Shown: positions 53,408 through 62,703 of the stretch, piece after piece | Numbering within the stretch: the stretch's first letter is position 1 | How the letters are laid out: the number at the start of each line of letters is the position of its first letter | Source of the DNA: an uncultured delta proteobacterium | GTDB lineage: Bacteria; Desulfobacterota; Desulfobacteria; Desulfobacterales; JAFDCJ01 | DNA: 64,000 bases | Assembly (NCBI GenBank): GCA_963769935.1 | Contig: CAVYNY010000020.1 | Span: 473,609-537,608 of the forward strand | Direction: 5' to 3' | Notes under the pieces: generated by a model | The model's input: only the letters and a program-made list of their open reading frames with translations | Databases searched by the model: none | What the model was told of the DNA's origin: nothing | Translations under genes and position numbers: made by a program

Positions 53408-54505
53408 TTACTTGCTTTTCTTGTATTCCTCATACTCTTTCCAGAGCTTGGCCTTGAGTTCGGGATCCGTTTCATTTTCAGCAGCTTCCCGCAACTGGCG
53501 GGCTACGATATCATCGTCCTCGTAAGCCGTCCGGTGCTGATCGGTGCTGGACGGTCCCGAACCACCTTTGCGGGATCCATCCCGGGAAACCGTTTCAGTG
53601 CCGCTCTTGCCCTCGGCGGATGCCTTATCCCGGCCGGATTCCGGTTCCCCTTCCGGCTCCTTCTCCGCGTTGGCGCCGGATTTAGATCCGGAGGTGTCTA
53701 CCGCCAGGCCTTTTTCACGCAGGCGCTTGGCGGATTCAGCGGCTTCCTGCGCCAATTGTTGTAATTTTCCCGATGATTCGGACTGGATTTTTTTCATTTC
53801 CTTGAGCAGCATGTCATCAAATTTTGCCAGGGAGGCGTCGAGCTGCCGGTCCAGGACTGCGACTTCATCCAGGGTCTGTTCTTCCGGAATCTCGGGGTTG
53901 GCCGGCCTTTGCAATTCATTTGCGGCGGGAGCATCGGAGCCGGCTTGGTCGGGCGGTTTATTGGCATAGGCCGCCTCCATCTGCGCCACCACTTTGCGGT
54001 TTTCAGCCGTTATCGCCTGCACACTGCCCAGGTAATTTTCATAATCCCTGATGGCCGCATCGGAGGCGGTGCCTGATTTTTTGAGCTGCTCCAGGTCGGC
54101 CGCAATCCGTTTTTCGGTCTGTTCGCCGAGATGCAGATTTTCGCGGGCCTCTGACAGTTTGGATTCAGCTGAATCCTGTGCGGCTGCCGGCGAAGGGATT
54201 TGACTGTTGCCTGAAGTTGCCGGCGTTTGTTTCGCCTGCGGTCCAGCGGCTGCCGTTGAGCCGGGTTCTTTCTTTTGGGTCTCAGTCGAGCCGGCAGCAG
54301 ACGCTTTACCGGCTTCGGATTTTTGGCGGGCATCCGGCTGTCCGGTTTCAGCCGACGCGGAGGAAGCCGGACTGCCGGTTGGCGCGGACTGCTTGGTTTC
54401 TTCCGGCGGCGGCTCCGTGGGCGTGTTGGCGGCCGTCTGGGCGCAGGCTGACAACCAGAGACTGAAAAAGAGGACTGCCGGAATTTTAAGGGATTTCATA
54501 GCCAT
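53408..54505 (-). CDS. Low-complexity lipoprotein with helical C-terminal motif
   Basis: MAMKSLKIPAVLFFSLWLSAC lipobox, Pro/Ala/Ser-rich linkers, coiled coils and C-terminal DDDIVARQLREAAENETDPELKAKLWKEY. The longer ORF start overlaps a tRNA and is rejected. Confidence 0.75.
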   Translation of the reverse strand: MAMKSLKIPAVLFFSLWLSACAQTAANTPTEPPPEETKQSAPTGSPASSASAETGQPDARQKSEAGKASAAGSTETQKKEPGSTAAAGPQAKQTPATSGNSQIPSPAAAQDSAESKLSEARENLHLGEQTEKRIAADLEQLKKSGTASDAAIRDYENYLGSVQAITAENRKVVAQMEAAYANKPPDQAGSDAPAANELQRPANPEIPEEQTLDEVAVLDRQLDASLAKFDDMLLKEMKKIQSESSGKLQQLAQEAAESAKRLREKGLAVDTSGSKSGANAEKEPEGEPESGRDKASAEGKSGTETVSRDGSRKGGSGPSSTDQHRTAYEDDDIVARQLREAAENETDPELKAKLWKEYEEYKKSK

Positions 54506-54695
54506 CGCTCGCATGAGACGCAGCAAAGCCGACGAAAGTTTTCCTATGAATACTGCGAACCGCAGCTTATCGAATATTGAATTTCGATTGTCGAATTCGT
54601 ATTTTAGCATCAAAACATCAAAATTACGGTGTTTAACATAAGATTTTGGCATTTGAGTGTCAAGAATCAATCCCGGCAGGCATCGACGGTCAAAT

Positions 54696-54734
54696 AAAAG
54701 AGCCGATTTCCGACAGGCGAAAACCGGCTCTTTT
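54696..54734 (-). terminator. Terminator downstream of tRNA-Ser(GCT)
   Basis: aaaagagccg...cggctctttt inverted repeat. Confidence 0.65.
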
Positions 54735-54741
54735 ATGACTG

Positions 54742-54834
54742 TGGCGGAGAGAATGGGATTCGAACCCATGGTGGAAGTTTCCCCCCACACTCGCTTAGCA
54801 GGCGAGCGCCTTCAGCCAACTCGGCCATCTCTCC
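54742..54834 (-). tRNA. tRNA-Ser (anticodon GCT)
   Basis: GGAGAGATGGCCGAGTTGG...CTCGC-CTGCTAA-GCGAG, long variable arm, GTTCGAATCC and GCCA end. Confidence 0.97.
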
Positions 54835-55034
54835 CAAAAAAAAATTCAAATTTTTTTGTTAAGCAGTTTGAACTGCTTTAAAGATTATGATTAACAATTT
54901 CAGTTAGCTTGTTTGCTTTTGCGCAATTTCCAGGTGTAGAAGTTACCGTATTTTTTACAATTTGATAAAAAATATAATTTTTGCCTGCCGCAGCTTCGCC
55001 TGCGAAAGTTATATAAAAGCCTGCATCGATTTTA

Positions 55035-55122
55035 TGGCGGAGGGAGTAGGATTCGAACCCACGGAGGCGTTAACCTCAACGGTTTTCAAGACCGCCGCTT
55101 TCGACCACTCAGCCATCCCTCC
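55035..55122 (-). tRNA. tRNA-Ser (anticodon TGA)
   Basis: GGAGGGATGGCTGAGTGG...GCGGT-CTTGAAA-ACCGT, long variable arm and GCCA end. Confidence 0.97.
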
Positions 55123-55399
55123 CTGTTTCAATGCAATTATTTAACATTTCATCTTAAACGGGTCAATGGTTTTTCTGCGTTTAGAACGCTCATTTCTCTC
55201 AACGGGCTGCGAGATGGTTGTTACTAATCATCACAGTTTGATTGAAGTTGATGGTTGACATGATTATTTTTTTATGGTTTCAAAAAAGCCGAATTTTTAT
55301 TCCATTTATTTTCCAAACGCAAAGATCATCCCTGTGGGGTGAAATCGATGCCGGTCCTTCCGGAACCGGATCCTTTACTGAATTAAGGGGATTATAGCC

Positions 55400-55879
55400 A
55401 TGAAACAAAAATATTTGATTCTAAACGACAAAGAAAACAAACAGTTTAAAATCCAGGAGTTTGCTGAGTTGAGCAAAGAGTCGCTGTCTCTGCTCTGTGA
55501 AGAAACCTATGACTACCATTCAATTAAATCGGCTGTTTCAACCGGAAAAGAGGCGTTGATTGCCGCTTTGCGAACCAATAATATGTATCCGCCGGGTATC
55601 TATGCCGAACAGATTGCCGAGGCGGTTATTGATTTAAACTCGTCAGCCGAGCGGGAATCGGTCGAACTTTTTTTCGACGATATCAATTTATTAACCAAAA
55701 CTCGTGAAGCTGTCAAAGTCAGCGAGCAGCTTGAGGACGACACGGAAGATACCGATCTCGATGACGTGCTGGCCGAAGACTTTGATGAAGGATATCCGGA
55801 AAAAGAGGAATTGGGCCAAAATGATTCGCCGCTGCAAATCGAGGATGATGATTATATCGATGCCGACGAACCAACCTAG
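55400..55879 (+). CDS. Hypothetical protein with strongly acidic C-terminal tail
   Basis: RBS AAGGGG and a 159-aa ORF with Asp/Glu-rich final ~55 residues. Confidence 0.75.
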   Translation: MKQKYLILNDKENKQFKIQEFAELSKESLSLLCEETYDYHSIKSAVSTGKEALIAALRTNNMYPPGIYAEQIAEAVIDLNSSAERESVELFFDDINLLTKTREAVKVSEQLEDDTEDTDLDDVLAEDFDEGYPEKEELGQNDSPLQIEDDDYIDADEPT

Positions 55880-56158
55880 ACCCTGATTTCCAAAAGAGGG
55901 TTGACTTATAAGGCAACTTGGAGTACAAAAATCAGTCACGATTAAGGTTTTAGAAGCATGGCATTTGCTGGGGCCCGACAGCACGTGCTTTCCCCGCCCG
56001 TCAAGTTTTAGAGTTTTGCTAAATTTTCAAGATCATACGCAACAACCATACGGGGTCGTATCCCACCGAATGGGTCGTAGCGTCTTAATTTTGCAATAAC
56101 CTGCTTAAATATGAGGAGGCAATTGGCATTGACTCTTAACGGCATCAAGGAGGTGCAA

Positions 56159-57100
56159 ATGGAAAAAGAAAACGCTTTTTACGAGAGACTGGAAAGAAAA
56201 GGGGTCTCCAGGCGGGATTTCATGAAGTACTGTACGTTCCTGACGGCAACGATGGGACTTTCGTCTTCATTTATCCCGAAGGTGGCGGAGGTTTTTGCCG
56301 CACCGGCCCAGCGACCGCCGGTCATCTGGCTTCATTTCGCTGAGTGCACGGGTTGCTCGGAGGCGGTATTAAGAAGCATGTATCCCTGGATAGATGAACT
56401 GCTTCTTGAAGTCATTTCGATGGAATACCATGAAACGATCATGGCGGCCGCCGGACAGCAGGCCGAAGAGCAGCTGCAGGCTGCGGTCAAAAAATACGAG
56501 GGGAAATTTATCTGCGTTGCCGAGGGTGCGGTTGCCACCAAATACGGCGGCGCCTACGGCAAAATCGGCGGCCGAACTTTTCTGGAAGTTGCCCAGGAGG
56601 TCTGTCCGAAGGCGGCGGCGGTCATTGCCATCGGCGCCTGTGCGACTTTCGGCGGTGTTCAGGCTGCCAAACCCAATCCCGGCGGCTATAAAAGCGTCGG
56701 CGAAGCCTTGGGAATCAAGACCGTGAATATTGCCGGATGCCCGCCGAATCCGATCAATTTTGTGGGCACCGTCGTCAACTATCTCCTGCTGGGTAAACTT
56801 CCGGACTTGGATGATCTGGGCCGGCCGCTGTTTGCCTACGGTAAAACCATCCATGACCAGTGTCCGCGCCGGTCGCATTTCGAAAATGACGAGTTCGTCG
56901 AAGAATTCGGCTCCGAGGAAGCGGCGGCAGGCTACTGCCTTTACAAAATGGGATGCCGGGGACCGGAAACCTACAACAACTGCCCGATTGCCAAATTCAA
57001 CGACGGTACCAGCTGGCCGATCGAGGCCGGCCATCCGTGCATCGGCTGCAGTCAGCCGGATTTCTGGGATAAATTCAGCCCGTTCTATCAGGAACTGTAA
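56159..57100 (+). CDS. Periplasmic [NiFe]-hydrogenase small subunit (group 1b-like), Tat-exported
   Basis: SRRDFMK Tat motif, ECTGCSE, GCPP, HDQCPR, CLYKMGC and WPIEAGHPCIGC. There is no C-terminal TM anchor. Start placed at ATG 56159 after AGGAGG. Confidence 0.96.
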   Translation: MEKENAFYERLERKGVSRRDFMKYCTFLTATMGLSSSFIPKVAEVFAAPAQRPPVIWLHFAECTGCSEAVLRSMYPWIDELLLEVISMEYHETIMAAAGQQAEEQLQAAVKKYEGKFICVAEGAVATKYGGAYGKIGGRTFLEVAQEVCPKAAAVIAIGACATFGGVQAAKPNPGGYKSVGEALGIKTVNIAGCPPNPINFVGTVVNYLLLGKLPDLDDLGRPLFAYGKTIHDQCPRRSHFENDEFVEEFGSEEAAAGYCLYKMGCRGPETYNNCPIAKFNDGTSWPIEAGHPCIGCSQPDFWDKFSPFYQEL

Positions 57101-57154
57101 TTTTATGCATGATGCAAACAACATCCTTTTTACCGAAAAAAGGGAGGAGATCAT

Positions 57155-58804
57155 ATGGCAGACAGAATAACGATTGATCCGATTACCAGAATAGAAGGGC
57201 ACCTCAGAATCGAGGTCGAGGTGTCCGGCGGCAAAGTTGTCAATGCCTGGAGCTCAGGCCAGATGTTCCGCGGGATCGAGCTCATCCTGCAGGGACGCGA
57301 CCCCCGGGATGCCCAGCATTTTGTTCAGCGCTCCTGCGGGGTCTGAACGTACACCCATGCTCTGTCCTCGGTGAGGGCAGTCGATGATGCCGTTGGCGTC
57401 AAAATTCCGAAAAACGCGCGAATCGTACGCAACCTGTTAATGGGTGCCCAGTTCCAGCACGACCATATTGTTCATTTTTACCATCTGCACGCCCTTGACT
57501 GGGTGGACATTGTCAGTGCCTTAAAGGCGGATCCGAAAAAAACGGCGGCCTTATCCGATAATGTCAGCAAATCCCCCTGGGGCGGTGCCAGCTACTTTAA
57601 AGAAGTTCAACAGCGGCTTCAGACTTTTGTCGACAGCGGCCAACTGGGTCCTTTTGCCAACGCCTATTGGGGCCACCCGGCCTACAAGCTGCCCCCGGAA
57701 GCCAATCTGATGGCGGGTGCGCATTACATTGAAGCGTTGCGCCTGCAGGCCAAGGCGGCCAGGATGCATGCTATTTTCGGCGGCAAGAATCCTCATCCGC
57801 AGTCCCTGGTTGTCGGCGGCGTGACCTGTGTCAATGATCTGAACCCGGATCGCATTGCCGAGTTCCTTTACATTAACAAAGAGACGCAGCAATTTATCAA
57901 AGATGTCTACATTCCCGATCTGCTGGCGGTGGCTTCCTTCTACAAGGATTGGGGTGCCATCGGCGGTACCAGCAACTTTCTGGCCTGGGGCGAATTTCCG
58001 GAGACGGAGAAAGAACCCGACAGTCTTTATATGCCCCGGGGTACGATCATGAAGCGCAATCTCGGCGGTGTGCAGATGGCTCACCAGGAAAAGGTTACCG
58101 AAGACGTCACGCGGGCCTGGTATACCAACGGCAAGGCGCTGCATCCATATGAAGGCGAAACCAAACCACTGCAGGAAAATCCCGCCTACCGGCCGGGCGA
58201 CGGCAAATATTCCTGGTTTAAAGCGCCGCGCTATGAAGGCGAGCCCTGTGAGGTCGGTCCGCTGGCCCGGGTGCTGGTGGCATATGCCAAGGGCCACAAG
58301 GACATCAAGCCCATCGTGGATAGTGTCCTGCAGACTTTAAATGTGCCGGCTGGCGCCCTGTTTTCAACCCTCGGCCGGACGGCCGCCCGGGGCATCGAAA
58401 CCGTGGCCATCGGCGATGCCATGCAAGGCTGGATCATGGAGCTGGTTGCCAACCTCAAAGGCGGCGACACCCAGACCTATCAGTCCTATGAAATGCCGGA
58501 CAGTGCCATGGGCCTCGGTCTGAATGACGTTCCCCGGGGTGCTCTCGGCCATTGGATTCAGATTGAAAACAAGAAAATCAAAAATTATCAGTATGTCGTA
58601 CCATCAACCTGGAATTTAGGCCCGCGGGATGCGGCCGGCAAACTGGGACCGGTGGAAGAAGCCCTGATCGGCACCCCGGTAGCCGATCCCAAGAAGCCGC
58701 TGGAGGTCCTGCGAACGGTTCATTCCTTTGACCCGTGCATTTCCTGTGGGGTTCATGTGATCGATCCGGATTCCAACGAGGTTTACAAGATCAGGGCCCT
58801 TTAG
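57155..58804 (+). CDS. [NiFe]-hydrogenase large subunit, 549 aa, with in-frame TGA (putative selenocysteine) at codon 64
   Basis: ORFs 57155..57346 and 57371..58804 share one frame. Motifs TRIEGH, RSCGV[TGA]TYTH, and C-terminal DPCISCGVH plus a 15-aa cleavable tail. Confidence 0.93.
57362..57380 (+). promoter_or_regulatory. Bacterial SECIS-like hairpin
   Basis: CTGTCCTC-GGT-GAGGGCAG, an 8-bp stem with one G-U pair and a G/GU apical loop beginning after a 23-nt spacer from the TGA. Confidence 0.7.
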
Positions 58805-58941
58805 AATCACTGTTGAAGGTGAACGCCACGGCCTCCCCCGAGCGGGAGGCCGTGCTTTTTCCGGGGCATTGCCGGTCCGGCCGGATTCAGTATAATAAAA
58901 TGTATGGAAATTTCTGATTGTCAAACATATAAAATCGAGGC

Positions 58942-59472
58942 GTGAAATTGTCCGACAAAAATCCGTTCGACGAGCTCTATGCCGTCGATATCATGATTCT
59001 GGGCATCGGCTGCATCCTTTGTTCCGATGAAGGATTCGGGGTGCGGGTCGTCGAAAAGATGCAGCAGCTTTACGAATTTCCGGATAACATTTTGGTGCTC
59101 GACGGCGGCGTTTTGGGTATAAACCTGCTGGGAGTTATTTCCAAACCGGCCCACCTGATTGTGGTGGATGCAATCCGCAACAAGGGCAACCCCGGCGATT
59201 TATACCGCCTGCAGGGCGATGCCATACCGGAACGTATTCGAGCCAAAAATTCTCTGCATCAGGTGGACTTTCTGGAAGCATTGACATTGTGCCAGGTATT
59301 GGATAGAGTTCCCGAAACGGTTATTCTCGGTGTTGAACCCGCGGATATCGAAACGCAGAGTCTCGAATTAACCCCCACGATTCAATCCCGCATCGATCCC
59401 ATGATCCATATGGTCCTGGATGAGATGAAACGGTTGGGCGGATCCTGCCGGATAAAGGCGGCCCACCGATAA
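58942..59472 (+). CDS. Hydrogenase maturation protease (HyaD/HybD family)
   Basis: Motifs LGIGCILCSDEGFGV, LDGG, IVVDA and SLHQV. Confidence 0.93.
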   Translation: MKLSDKNPFDELYAVDIMILGIGCILCSDEGFGVRVVEKMQQLYEFPDNILVLDGGVLGINLLGVISKPAHLIVVDAIRNKGNPGDLYRLQGDAIPERIRAKNSLHQVDFLEALTLCQVLDRVPETVILGVEPADIETQSLELTPTIQSRIDPMIHMVLDEMKRLGGSCRIKAAHR

Positions 59473-59580
59473 AAAACGTCCCAATGTAGGGTCGGCCTCC
59501 CTTCCGAGCGATATCGGCGGGCACGAAGGCCCGCGCTGCTGCGTTTCGTTGTTACCTCGTTTTGCGGTTCACACCGCGAA

Positions 59581-59800
59581 TTCTTATATGAAACTACATC
59601 TCACACAGAGCGCTCAGAGGTCACAGAGGTTCGGGTTGGCAGCCGCCTGCGGCAAAAGAAAAATGTTCTCCGCGGCCTCTGTGAGCTCTAACGGAGTGGG
59701 CGTGATAGTAAATCCAACTGAGCCCGAATTTCCAAAAGTTTCTTTCTCGATTAATCTGGCCGTCTTTTGGGCCAGCGGCCTGGCTCGTATGAAACTTCAT
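59581..59800. repeat. Nested intergenic repeat elements
   Basis: Direct repeat tatgaaact near both ends, enclosing tcacacagagc...ctctgtgagctct...gcgtga and a ctggcc..ggccag hairpin. Confidence 0.5.
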
Positions 59801-59915
59801 AAAACCCATAAAAAAAGAAGCGCTTGAGGCCGCCCTGAAAAAGGCCGGGGAAAGACTCGACTTGACGACGCACACCGGCGGCCGGTAAACCAGCCGGCGG
59901 GAAAGGAACCTTACG

Positions 59916-60164
59916 ATGTGTCTTGCCATTCCATCCAAGATTATTAAAATTGAGAACAGCATGGCCGTTATTGATGTTGACGGAGTGAAGCGTGAAGCCA
60001 GTCTGCTGTTGCTGGACGAGGCCGGGGTCGGTGATTATGTCATTGTGCATGCCGGATTCGCCATTCATAAAATTGATGAAGAAGCTGCCCTGGAGACGCT
60101 GAAATTTCTAAGGGAGGCTGCCGATTATGTCGATAGCCTGCCGAAGGAAGAAGGAGAAAATTAA
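59916..60164 (+). CDS. hypC: Hydrogenase maturation chaperone HypC
   Basis: Motifs MCLAIP and VGDYVIVHAGFAI. Confidence 0.97.
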   Translation: MCLAIPSKIIKIENSMAVIDVDGVKREASLLLLDEAGVGDYVIVHAGFAIHKIDEEAALETLKFLREAADYVDSLPKEEGEN

Positions 60165-60262
60165 TCCGCCCGGGACGGCATCAAAATATTTTCATCAGAG
60201 TTTAAAGTGTAAACATATTTTATTCATGCCTGATGTCTTGTTTTCAGGGCAGAGTAAGTAGA

Positions 60263-62542
60263 ATGTCAAATGAGGTCACTGCTAAAAAACTGCATGTAAA
60301 CGGAATTGTCCAGGGCGTCGGCTTCAGGCCTTTTGTTTTTCAGCTGGCTGAGAAATACCAACTCAAAGGTGAAGTTGCCAACACCTCATCCGGTGTTTCC
60401 ATCCACGTGGAAGGACCTTCCGAGCGGGTCGCCTCTTTTGAGAAGGATCTTGCCGCCAAACCGCCGCCGCTGGCTTACGTTGTCGAAATTACCCACCAAC
60501 CGGAAACCGTAAAAAATTACTCTGATTTTACCATTGTCAAAAGCAGGGGCGAATCTGAAGTATCCACCCTGATTTCACCGGACGTTGCGGTCTGCGATGA
60601 TTGCCGGGCGGAGCTATTCGATCCCGCTGACCGCCGCTTTCGCTACCCATTTATCAACTGCACCAACTGCGGACCCCGCTATACCATCATCGAGGATATT
60701 CCCTACGATCGGCCCAAAACTTCCATGCGGTACTTTAAAATGTGTGCAGCCTGTCAGGCCGAATATGATAATCCCACCAATCGGCGCTTTCATGCCCAAC
60801 CCAATGCCTGCGCTGAATGCGGCCCCCGGGTTACCCTCTGCGGCAACTCGAAAGAAATAATCGGCTGCGAGGATCCCATCCTGAAAGCAGTCGAGCTTTT
60901 GAAAAAGGGCGGTGTCCTGGCAATCAAGGGGCTCGGCGGTTATCACCTGGCCGTCGATGCCGCCAACCCCAAAGCCGTCCTTCGCCTGCGCAAGCGGAAA
61001 ATGCGTGAGGAAAAGCCTTTGGCCGTCATGTCCTTTGACCTGGCCGCTATTCGCCGGTATGCCGAAGTGGATGATGACGAGGAAAAATTGCTTTCTTCGA
61101 TCCAGCGGCCGATCGTTCTTTTGAAAAAAAAGACCTCCGGCTTGCTGTGTGAAGCGGTTGCCCCCCGCAATAAGTATTTCGGTGTCATGCTCCCTTACAC
61201 CCCGCTGCATTATCTGCTCCTGCAACATGATTTTACGGCCCTGGTGATGACCAGCGGCAATTTGAGTGAAGAGCCCATTGCCATCGACAACGATGAGGCC
61301 TTCAGCCGGCTGGCCGGAATTGCCGACTATTTTTTAGTCCACAACCGCGACATTTATTTGCGCAGTGATGATTCCATTGTCAGACATGCGGCCGGGGCAA
61401 GACGATTCATCCGACGCTCCCGGGGATTTGTGCCCATACCGTTTTTTTTGCAAAACAAGGTGCCGGGTATTCTGGCCTGCGGGGCCGAACTCAAAAATAC
61501 GGTTTGTCTGACCAAACAGGACATGGCCTTTTTGAGCCAGCACATCGGGGACCTTGAAAACCTGGCCGCCTATGATTTCCTGAAACTGACCGTCAATCAT
61601 TTTAAACGCATTCTCGATATTCACCCTGAAATCGTCGCCTGCGATCTGCACCCGGATTATTTGAGCACCCGCTACGCCGAAGAGCAGTCGGATATACCAA
61701 AGATTCAGGTGCAGCATCACCATGCCCATATTGTCAGCTGCATGGCCGAGCACAAACTGGACGGCGCGGTGATCGGCCTGGCTTTTGACGGGACGGGATA
61801 CGGCTCCGACGGGGCCGTCTGGGGCGGCGAAATCCTGATCGTCGAAAAACATGATTTCAAGCGGGTCGGACACCTGGCCTATGTTGCCATGCCCGGCAGT
61901 ACCGCGGCCATCAAAGAGCCGTGGCGCATGGCGGTCAGCTATCTTCAGGACGCTTACGGTTCCGACGTCGCATCTCTTAATCTGCCGGCCTTGGCAGGCC
62001 TTGAGCGCGACAAGCTGGCCGTGGTCGATCAAATGATTTCCAAAGGGATTAATTCTCCGCCGACCTCGAGTCTGGGGCGTCTGTTTGACGGTGTGGCGGC
62101 CATCTGCGGGATTCGCAGCCGGGTTAATTTTGAAGGACAGGCCGCCATGGAGTTGGAAATGCGGTCAGCGGAGGCGGCTGAATCCATTTACGAATTTGAA
62201 TGGGAGCGGCATAACGTGGTCCGCATCCTGCCGGCGCCCATTATTCGCGGCGTGGTGGCCGATATTCAAAACAGGGTGCCGCTGGCCGTGATCGGCGCCA
62301 GATTCCACCGAACCTTGATTTGCCTGTTTGCGGAGCTGTGTGATGTCGTGCGAAAAGAAAACGGTTTGAACCGCGTTGTTCTCAGCGGGGGTTGTTTTCA
62401 AAACGCCATGCTGCTAACCGGTCTGATCCGGGAGTTGGCAGCGCATGGCTTCGAGGTCTTTTCGCATGAACAAGTGCCGACCAACGACGGCGGAATTTCT
62501 TTGGGGCAGGCGGTGGTGGCGGCGGCTGTGGCGAAAAGATGA
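60263..62542 (+). CDS. hypF: Carbamoyltransferase HypF
   Basis: Motifs GIVQGVGFRPF, CTNCGPRY, HAQPNAC, QHHHAH and NDGGISLGQ. Start may be 60233 or 60263. Confidence 0.98.
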   Translation: MSNEVTAKKLHVNGIVQGVGFRPFVFQLAEKYQLKGEVANTSSGVSIHVEGPSERVASFEKDLAAKPPPLAYVVEITHQPETVKNYSDFTIVKSRGESEVSTLISPDVAVCDDCRAELFDPADRRFRYPFINCTNCGPRYTIIEDIPYDRPKTSMRYFKMCAACQAEYDNPTNRRFHAQPNACAECGPRVTLCGNSKEIIGCEDPILKAVELLKKGGVLAIKGLGGYHLAVDAANPKAVLRLRKRKMREEKPLAVMSFDLAAIRRYAEVDDDEEKLLSSIQRPIVLLKKKTSGLLCEAVAPRNKYFGVMLPYTPLHYLLLQHDFTALVMTSGNLSEEPIAIDNDEAFSRLAGIADYFLVHNRDIYLRSDDSIVRHAAGARRFIRRSRGFVPIPFFLQNKVPGILACGAELKNTVCLTKQDMAFLSQHIGDLENLAAYDFLKLTVNHFKRILDIHPEIVACDLHPDYLSTRYAEEQSDIPKIQVQHHHAHIVSCMAEHKLDGAVIGLAFDGTGYGSDGAVWGGEILIVEKHDFKRVGHLAYVAMPGSTAAIKEPWRMAVSYLQDAYGSDVASLNLPALAGLERDKLAVVDQMISKGINSPPTSSLGRLFDGVAAICGIRSRVNFEGQAAMELEMRSAEAAESIYEFEWERHNVVRILPAPIIRGVVADIQNRVPLAVIGARFHRTLICLFAELCDVVRKENGLNRVVLSGGCFQNAMLLTGLIRELAAHGFEVFSHEQVPTNDGGISLGQAVVAAAVAKR

Positions 62543-62703
62543 AAATTAAAATTTGATATCTGATAGCTCAGAGCTTAAAGAATTATATCCTGCTTTACTA
62601 TGAGCGATGAACTTTGAATAATGAGCCTTTTTGACTCAAGGCCCGAAGGGCCGCTCATCAAGTGAAACGCTCATCGAGCGCAGCGCTCTTACGGAGTGAC
62701 GTT

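Noticed and set aside
54506..54790. N-terminal extension of the 460-aa ORF
   Set aside because: It overlaps tRNA-Ser and its terminator, and the lipoprotein signal begins at 54505/54499.
55035..55122. tRNA with 'TGA' near the UGA-containing hydrogenase as a possible tRNA-Sec
   Set aside because: The anticodon is TGA, which reads UCA (Ser). tRNA-Sec needs a TCA anticodon and an extended acceptor stem; this one has a normal 7-bp stem.
57344..57346. Hydrogenase large subunit as a nonsense pseudogene
   Set aside because: The stop falls exactly on a Cys ligand codon, is TGA, has a SECIS-like hairpin, and the rest of the operon is intact. Other lesions in this window are indels.
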